Positions 63,493-64,000 of a DNA stretch of 64,000 nt are shown in pieces. A program made the position numbers and the translations under genes. Source of the stretch: Thermoanaerobaculia bacterium (GTDB taxonomy: Bacteria; Acidobacteriota; Thermoanaerobaculia; Multivoradales; UBA5704); NCBI GenBank assembly GCA_044226625.1, contig JBGAGQ010000012.1, positions 1 to 64,000 of the forward strand, given 5' to 3'. Each line of letters opens with the position of its first letter. The stretch's first letter is position 1. The notes beneath the pieces are model-generated. The model saw nothing but the letters and a program-made list of their open reading frames with translations, was not told where the DNA came from and did no database searches.

Positions 63493-63975
63493 GTGACCGA
63501 CCCATTCCAGAACGTAGCCGACGAAGAACGGCGACTGGTTGAGAAGCTGGCCAAGATCGAAGCGCTGTTCGCCCGCGGCGCGACGGCGGGCGAGCGCGCC
63601 GCGGCGGAAAGCGCCAGAGAACGGATTCGCGCGCGCCTTCTGACTTTGGAGAAGATCGAGCGGCCGGTCGAGTACCGGTTCACCCTGGCCGACGGCTGGT
63701 CCCGACGGTTGTTCACCGCCCTTCTTCGTCGCTACGGGCTACGTCCTTTCCGCTATCGACGGCAACGCCACACGACCGTGATGGTCCGGGTGACGGCGAA
63801 ATTTGTCGACGAGGTTCTGTGGCCCGAGTTCCAGCAGCTCGACGCCACCCTCCGAGCTCACCTGCAGGCTGTGACGGATCGCATCGTGACCGTGGCGATC
63901 CACGGCGAGACGGCTGAGGCGGAGGAGCGTGCGGGGGAACCCTCACCGTCCGACGGGCAGCGGTCGCTCGGATAG
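63493..63975 (+). CDS. hypothetical protein with DUF2786-like N-terminus
   Basis: EKLAKIEALFARGATAGERAAA helix; AGGAG RBS. Confidence 0.7.
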   Translation: MTDPFQNVADEERRLVEKLAKIEALFARGATAGERAAAESARERIRARLLTLEKIERPVEYRFTLADGWSRRLFTALLRRYGLRPFRYRRQRHTTVMVRVTAKFVDEVLWPEFQQLDATLRAHLQAVTDRIVTVAIHGETAEAEERAGEPSPSDGQRSLG

Positions 63976-64000
63976 CCAACCTTCCGGGGGCGGAACCGGC

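Overview
GC-rich bacterial chromosome segment spanning the replication origin. The gene content (GWxTD protein, DUF2911, amidase-GerMN-murI) suggests Acidobacteriota/Thermoanaerobaculia; this is inference only. Bases 1-22 kb are core genes: tRNA-Ser(GGA), tadA, SRP RNA, dnaX-ybaB-recR, mutY, dnaA-oriC-dnaN-recF-gyrB-gyrA, transaldolase and an M20 dipeptidase. There are two stand-out features. (1) A nine-gene minus-strand operon (31278->22469) encodes a radical SAM enzyme, a Cys-containing degenerate metallophosphoesterase, a DUF2064 glycosyltransferase-like protein ending in a RAPP arrest-like motif, an ArsM/AS3MT-type methyltransferase, a PstSCAB-like ABC importer whose ATPase has a Cys-rich N-terminus, and an ArsV-like flavoprotein. 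It looks like an organoarsenical (arsenosugar-like) pathway with its own oxyanion importer. (2) Three dispersed orphan RiPP-precursor-like genes (40210, 43926, 46736) share a K-L-x-L-x-R-E-T-L-x-x-L leader and unrelated Cys/Ser/Thr-rich cores, with no maturase in the window. Also present: a type III PKS, a double hybrid histidine kinase, Wzm/Wzt and a YfhO-like GT-C protein, REP-like palindromes (one in-frame inside a gene; ~200-bp inverted copies flanking a UbiA gene and truncating a small antitoxin-like gene), a 21-nt-periodic tract, many apparently leaderless genes, and an AT-richer orphan plus a broken AAA-DUF4143 gene at the right end. All family assignments come from motif recognition, not database searches.
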